64,000 nucleotides of DNA, taken from the NCBI GenBank assembly GCA_964016885.1, contig OZ024744.1:136400001-136464000 (forward strand), in the 5' to 3' direction. The stretch comes from Eledone cirrhosa. Its lineage: Eukaryota. The translations under genes were made by a program, and so were the position numbers. The notes below the pieces were generated by a model. It did not search any database and had not been told where the DNA came from. It saw only the letters and a program-made list of their open reading frames with translations. This document shows, in pieces, positions 59,313 to 64,000 of the stretch; positions within the stretch are counted from its first letter, which is position 1, and each line of letters starts with the position of its first letter.

Positions 59313-60351
59313 ACCAGATAGAAAAATGCGTACAGCAAAAAAAAGTAATATCGTTGGAATATAAACCTTTAAAAATACAGGACAAGAAACTAAAATAAAA
59401 CTTTAAAAGAATAGGACAAGAAACTAAGATAAAACATTAAAGAATTGGACAAGAAATAAAAAATTTTACAATAATATTAGTGGCAAAATTTTTATTGGTA
59501 AAAAATCGAGTTCCACATTCAGAGGGCGTCGTCAGACCGGAGGGATCATTTGATCCTGGTTTGAACACCAATTGGGCCATAACCATACCCCTAGTTTATC
59601 AATCGGCGACACGCCTCATGTGTCATGCATAATGTGAATGGACCCATGGGCCCATGAGCACAGATCTTGAGCAGCAGCGGACGGTCTTGTCGTCCCGCTC
59701 ATCCTTGATCTTGACCAACCCGTCCATCTTCTCCTTGCATCTTGTCCTTGAGTTCAAGTCCGGCAGTCCAGATGAATGCGTGCCACAGCTTTCTGGTACA
59801 GGAAGGGGGAGCAGGAGGACTGGAGGGATGACGGGACAGAGGGAGGGAGGACCGGTGGTTGAGGGAGGTGCCGTAGTCGGTGGTCAGAGTCGACATCTTG
59901 TCCTGGTCGTCTTCTCCATCTTCGTCTGGTGTTGCGGGACCAGAAGTGCATTCTTGGAGGAGACCTGCAGCTGCATCGGCCAATTCTTCTTGCAATGGTC
60001 ATTCTGACAGAGCAGAACTGCTCAACCAACCAACCCCAACCAGAACCAACCGCTCAGGGGCAACGCACAATGAGAGCATGACAATTATTATGCACTAATC
60101 AAGAAGATACTGGGGCATAGCACAGGAAACGAATAAAAAAATTTTGCCACTAATATTAATGTAAAATTTTTTATTTCTTGTCCAATTCTTTAAAGTTTTA
60201 TCTTAGTTTCTTGTCCTATTCTTTTAAAGTTTTATCTTAGTTTCTTGTCCTATTCTTTTAAAGTTTTATTTTAGTTTCTTGTCCTGTATTTTTAAAGGTT
60301 TATATTCCAACAATATTACTTTTTTTTGCTGTACGCATCTTTCTATCTGGT
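59313..60351. mobile_element. Inverted-repeat cassette 1 (Foldback/Pack-MULE-like architecture), 1039 bp
   Basis: Left arm ~59313-59496 starts accagatagaaaaatgcgtacagc. Right arm ~60132-60351 ends gctgtacgcatctttctatctggt. The arms hold 33-34-bp subrepeats (taagataaaactttaaaagaataggacaagaaac), 3 on the left and 4 on the right. The interior is ~630 bp and GC-rich. No TSD is visible. Confidence 0.8.
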
Positions 60352-60352
60352 C

Positions 60353-61129
60353 TACTATTTTTTAAGGCAATGCAAGCAACAACTATCTAATAATTAAATG
60401 ATCATAGTGAATTACTGACAAGTGATTGACATTTTAAAGTTCTTTTGAGTATAATTGCAATCTAGTTGAGGCAACTGGCTTAATGACAAAGCTAGTAAAT
60501 CTTGAATGCATTTGAGATGATTAGTGCATAATAGTGAATTGGTGAAACTTGTGCATTTCAATTGTGTTACAATAGATGTAAGTTATATAGTAGTAATACT
60601 TTATCATTTTAACTTTTTAGAATGGACAAAAACCCATGCAAAGAAATGACTTTGACTGCAGTGATTCTCTCCAATTTACTTACAAAGCAAAACGTGGTCA
60701 AATACCTTATCATCTCTGATAAAATGCCCATTGAATCACTGAAAATCGGATGCATGGAATTCCTCATAAAATACACCTATGAATCGGAAGCCATCACATA
60801 TATCAATGGATATAGGGAGTTGTTCACACTGGAAGACCATCACTTCATTTGTGACTTCATCAGTTATCTCCACGATTATCTCAGACACACAATGCCATTG
60901 ATGAGAGGTGATCCAATGTGTGAGCATGTAACTAATCTTATAGAAGTTGTTATCGACCACCTGGCTTTTAGTGACATTTGACTGATTTGACTGATAATGA
61001 TGTATTTTTAAAAAGTATGTGTACATTCTTGTTACTATTTTAAGGCAATGCAAGCAACAACTATTTAATAAAATTTAAATTTAAAAATGACCATTGTGCA
61101 TTACTAGTATGATGACATTTTATTAAGTC
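60353..61129 (+). repeat. ~90-bp imperfect direct repeats (60353-60442 and 61033-61129) flanking the BACK-like ORF; a third, shorter copy at ~63288-63330
   Basis: tactatttt(tt)aaggcaatgcaagcaacaactat...aaatga..a.(a/t)gtg.attact...tgacatttta..aagt is present at both sites, and cctatttttcaaggcaatgcaaacaacaactac follows cassette 2. Confidence 0.85.
60622..60981 (+). CDS. 119-aa protein or terminal exon with a BACK-like helical domain (SPOP/BTB-protein C-terminus-like)
   Basis: LSNLLTKQNVVKYLIISDKMPIESLKIGCMEFL...AITYINGYRELF resembles the SPOP-type pattern 'L..NL..ENV..IL.LAD......LK.....FI......V....GW..M'. It is preceded by a polypyrimidine acceptor (ttttaactttttag, ends 60620) and followed by AATAAA at 61067-61072. 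Confidence 0.62.
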   Translation: MDKNPCKEMTLTAVILSNLLTKQNVVKYLIISDKMPIESLKIGCMEFLIKYTYESEAITYINGYRELFTLEDHHFICDFISYLHDYLRHTMPLMRGDPMCEHVTNLIEVVIDHLAFSDI

Positions 61130-61161
61130 ACAAAATTAGTCAGTCAGCCATAGAACAAGGA

Positions 61162-61957
61162 TCAGGTGGCAAAAACATTGGCAAAAATTTGTGTCAATTT
61201 AAGATTTCCAACATTGTTCAAATGTATATCTGGTTTGAAGTCAGATTTGTCAAATTTTGACCAATTTTCAATGTTGTGAAGATTGGGCAAGTTCAATTTT
61301 TGAATCATTTCTTTCATGCAGTAATTAAACTTTTCCAAACGAGAATTTCTCTTGCCCAAGTCATTTTTATTTTCAATTACACTTTGTGGACGTGGAATGA
61401 CACCACTGTAGAAAATGGGTGTACAGTGGTGCTTTTCCGCTATTTTCTGTAGCCTTGCAAAGAGACTCTTCCCCTGTTTTTCCGGTTTTGTGCCTCGAAT
61501 GGGCACTTTGTCCTTAATTTACAAATAAATGATTAATAAAAAATACTTGGGCAAAAATTATTGTATTACTTTGCACAGCTTTGTAGTGCCAACGGTGAGA
61601 CGAGGATACAGATCATTAGAGCCGACATGAACCACCAATACTTTCACAAAAGGACAACAGATAACAATGTTGGCGATTAACATTACCTGGCTCTGACGGG
61701 CCCCAGGTATACAAAATATCTAAGTATTTTTGTTGGTATGATAAGTAAATACATTTGAATTAATATTTTTATACCTTCTGGTCATTCGATTTCGCCACAT
61801 TTCTAATTATTGAATCACCCACAATATACTTGAATTGTGGGTAATTTTTATTCAAAAGTGCACAGACGACCATTAAACAACGGCCATGGAGATTTGTACC
61901 ATTCCCATTAAATCCTCGCCCCCAAATTGGATTAGGGGTGTCCTCGACCAATTGTTG
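61162..61957 (-). CDS. Spliced NADAR(C-terminal part)-SGNH/GDSL esterase fusion; exons 61957-61775, 61719-61570, 61512-61162; 5' exons not found in the window
   Basis: Exon A: QQLVEDTPNPIWGRGFNGNGTNLHGRCLMVVCALL (YbiA/NADAR C-terminal motif LVE....D..WG.G..G.G.N.LG..LM..R..L), then IVGDSIIRNV (SGNH block I). Exon B: IFCIPGA (block II) and VLVVHVGSND (block III). Exon C: IFYSGVIPR...FN...IENW...PDIHLNNVG (block V). Two phase-0 GT-AG introns (61774-61720, 55 nt; 61569-61513, 57 nt) join these in frame. AATAAA lies on the minus strand at 61124-61119. Confidence 0.85.
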
Positions 61958-61980
61958 CTACAAATATTCAAGAAATGAGC

Positions 61981-62157
61981 TAGATTCAAATGGGTTTTCC
62001 CTCAAAAAACATTTTTTTTTACCGTTTTTTACTGGTTTTTAATGGAAAAAAAACCGTTTGTAACTTTTTTTGGAAACTTTTTCAAGTCTGGTAAAAAACG
62101 TTTTTTTAACCGTTTTTTACTGGTTTTTTAATGGTAAAAAAACCGTTTGCAACCCTA
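61981..62157. mobile_element. Possible remnant of a small hAT-like non-autonomous element with an internal ~60-bp duplication
   Basis: The block aaaaac.tttttttt.accgttttttactggttttt(t)aatgg.aaaaaaaccgtttg.aac occurs twice (~62005-62064 and ~62093-62153). The region ends in tttgcaacccta (reverse complement TAGGGTTGCAAA, similar to hAT TIR starts). The opposite end is at best degenerate. Confidence 0.4.
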
Positions 62158-62168
62158 GTCACATATAC

Positions 62169-63285
62169 ACTAGCTAGAAAAATGCGTACAGCAAAAAAAA
62201 GTAATATTGTTGGAACAAACCTTTAAAAATACAGGACAAGGAAGTAAGATAAACCTTTAAAAATACAGGACAAAGAACTAAGATAAAACTTTAAAAGAAT
62301 AGGACAAGGAATATAAATTTTTACAATAATATTAGTGGCAAAATTCAATTGGTAAAAAATTGAGTTTCCATCATTACACCAATTACAACTATGATGTTCC
62401 GCATGCATCCACTCCAACCATGATCACTTGTCTGTCATCTTTCCCGGTCCAACTCCTCGCGAATGACCCGGCGCAACTCGGACTGGGTCGGAGCAGGAAC
62501 TGGAGGGGGAGAGGGAGGGGTACGGGTCTTGACTCTGGGACGATGACGGCGAGTGACCAAGGTGAATGGGCCCGTGTTCGACTCGGAATCCTGCTGGTCC
62601 TCGATGACACTTTGAGGCACGGTTGACGGTTCCGGACTGGCTTCATGGGCAGTGGTAGAAGGGCAGGTGGATAGGGCAGAGTGCTTCTTCCTGGGAGAGC
62701 ACTTGAAGCAGGTGAAGCCGGCGCCGGACTCGTTGAACCACTTCCAGACAGCACTGGGCATGTTGGCGCAGCAATGATGAAAGTTGAAGCAGGCGACGAG
62801 GGGGGAGGAGGTGGAGGCGTTGGTGCAGGAGCAACAGACTGCTGATTTGGGAGTCATTGTAGCTGGGGGATGCAGGCGCTGAGGGGGCTCGAGTAGAAGG
62901 GAAGAACAGAAATGAACCATGATGACTTTTCCTACATTTTTCCTGGCCCACTTCCTCATGAACCAATGAACCAGTTGGTACAACTCGGACTTGGAGGAGG
63001 AACACAAGACAGGGATCAATTTCATTGTATTGATATTTCTCATTAAGTAATTTCATGTTACTCAAATAAATCACTTTTATTTGATCAATTATCTATTTTT
63101 CCAATAAAATTTTTGCCACTAATATTATTGTAAAAATTTATATTCCTTGTCCTATTCTTTTAAAGTTTTATCTTAGTTCTTTGTCCTGTATTTTTAAAGG
63201 TTTATCTTACTTCCTTGTCCTGTATTTTTAAAGGTTTGTTCCAACAATATTACTTTTTTTTGCTGTACGCATTTTTCTAGCTAGT
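62169..63285. mobile_element. Inverted-repeat cassette 2, same arm family as cassette 1, 1117 bp
   Basis: By manual comparison 62169-62343 and 63111-63285 are perfect 175-bp reverse complements (actagctagaaaaatgcgtacagc...tagtggcaaaa), with 3 subrepeats per arm. The interior is unrelated to cassette 1. No TSD (left flank cacatatac, right flank ttcctattt). Confidence 0.82.
62389..62857 (-). pseudogene. Degenerate 5' fragment of a PHD-finger LINE ORF1-like gene (CR1/L2-type) carried inside cassette 2
   Basis: From the ATG at 62857: MTPKSAVCCSC...LVACFNFHHCCANMPSAVWKWFNESGAGFTCFKC (PHD-like C..C, C, H..C, F.C..C, with one ligand apparently deleted). A Pro/Ser linker follows, then ELRRVIREELDRER-stop and, after a frameshift, RQVIMVGVD, matching the ORF1 'E..DRERR..N(V/I)II.G(V/L).E' start of the RRM-like domain. 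Confidence 0.65.
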
Positions 63286-63751
63286 TTCCTATTTTTCAAG
63301 GCAATGCAAACAACAACTACTTAATTAAATAGTTATTACTTTAGTTACTTCTATCAAAAAATCCCAAAAATGATGTTAATGAAAACTATAGGTGAAAGTG
63401 AAGCTATTCTTTTGTGACCTCTTAGTTACTTGTACCAATTTTGAATTTAATTCAAGCTACAGTGTCAGCCTGTGCATTGGAGTCACAGAAATAAGTTGAG
63501 ATATTTTATCTAATTGGTACAAGCATCCACTCCACATGGCGGGGACATAGGTCAGATCGTGGAGCACTCACCTATCTTAAAAATATTAACTTATGATAAA
63601 TAAGAGTCATTTAAGAAAATACAATTTTTTTAAATTAGTAGGTGAGCATTAACAACTGAATCTAAATGGAGCAAATTTGCACCATTTGCATTTAGTTGAA
63701 AATAACATTTTAATTAAACATGACAAATTCTAATGCAATAGAAGGCAAATA

Positions 63752-64000
63752 TCAATTTTCACATGCAAATTTTTTTGGGATTTTTTTCACGCGCGCCATT
63801 TTTGGTCGATTTTTTGTCAATTTTTCACATGCAAATTTTTTTGGGTTTTTTTGATTTTTTTTTCACGCGCGCCACTTTTGTCGATTTTTTGTCAATTTTT
63901 CACATGATAATTTTTTTTTGGATTTTTGGATTTTCTTCACGCACGCCATTTTTGTCGATTTTTTTTGTCAATTTTTCACATGATAATTTTTTGGGGATTT
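63752..64000. repeat. Second tandem repeat, T-tract-rich, units of 65-76 bp, runs off the right edge
   Basis: tcaatttt(t)cacatg...ttcacgc(g/a)cgcca.ttttg(g)tcgatttttt recurs, with unit starts at 63752, 63817, 63892 and 63968. Confidence 0.93.

Noticed and set aside
766-59385. Giant minus-strand Ser/His/Leu/Thr-rich ORFs (up to 3128 aa) in all three frames
   Set aside because: The + strand consensus lacks TTA, CTA and TCA, so the minus strand has no stops in any frame. All frames give the same cyclic peptide, frameshifting indels are freely tolerated and stops come from sporadic variants. There is no sign of coding constraint.
60736-61053. 105-aa minus-strand ORF
   Set aside because: It is the antisense shadow of the BACK-like ORF and has no recognisable motif.
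62223-63074. Alternative ORFs 62223-62417, 62360-62626, 62643-63074 and the N-terminal extension 62858-63043
   Set aside because: They overlap the PHD-like frame or the repeat arm and carry no motifs. They are expected by chance in GC-rich or repetitive sequence.
63429-63523. 12-bp inverted repeat cttgtaccaatt / aattggtacaag
   Set aside because: It is short and AT-rich, with no TSD or second copy in the window, so it is insufficient to call a MITE or Helentron end.
63300-63750. Search for the missing N-terminal NADAR exons on the minus strand
   Set aside because: I could not see an SNF/EHxYQxxK-like motif in the part I read, so no exon is called.

Overview
Eukaryotic, probably invertebrate animal, genomic DNA. 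Bases 1-59312 are one head-to-tail satellite array of about 745 monomers. The consensus is 80 bp, with 62/76/78/81-bp variants and nested multi-kb duplications. In one + frame the monomer reads DELREKLCLRGIECSVRERRLRWYGHVM, the conserved C-terminal 'RRLRW(Y/F)GHV' region of RTE-clade LINE proteins, so the array appears to be an amplified retrotransposon coding fragment. The huge minus-strand ORFs over the array are artefacts. The array stops abruptly at the first of two related ~1.1-kb cassettes. Each cassette has ~180-220-bp inverted arms built from 33-34-bp subrepeats, has no target-site duplication and carries different GC-rich cargo; one cargo is a degenerate PHD-finger LINE-ORF1-like fragment. 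Between the cassettes lie two convergent AT-rich genes that the ORF track shows only in pieces. One is a BACK-like (SPOP C-terminus-like) ORF bracketed by ~90-bp direct repeats. The other is a spliced NADAR(C-terminal)-SGNH esterase fusion with 55- and 57-nt introns. A second T-rich tandem repeat begins at ~63750. All family assignments come from recognising motifs by eye; no database search was run.
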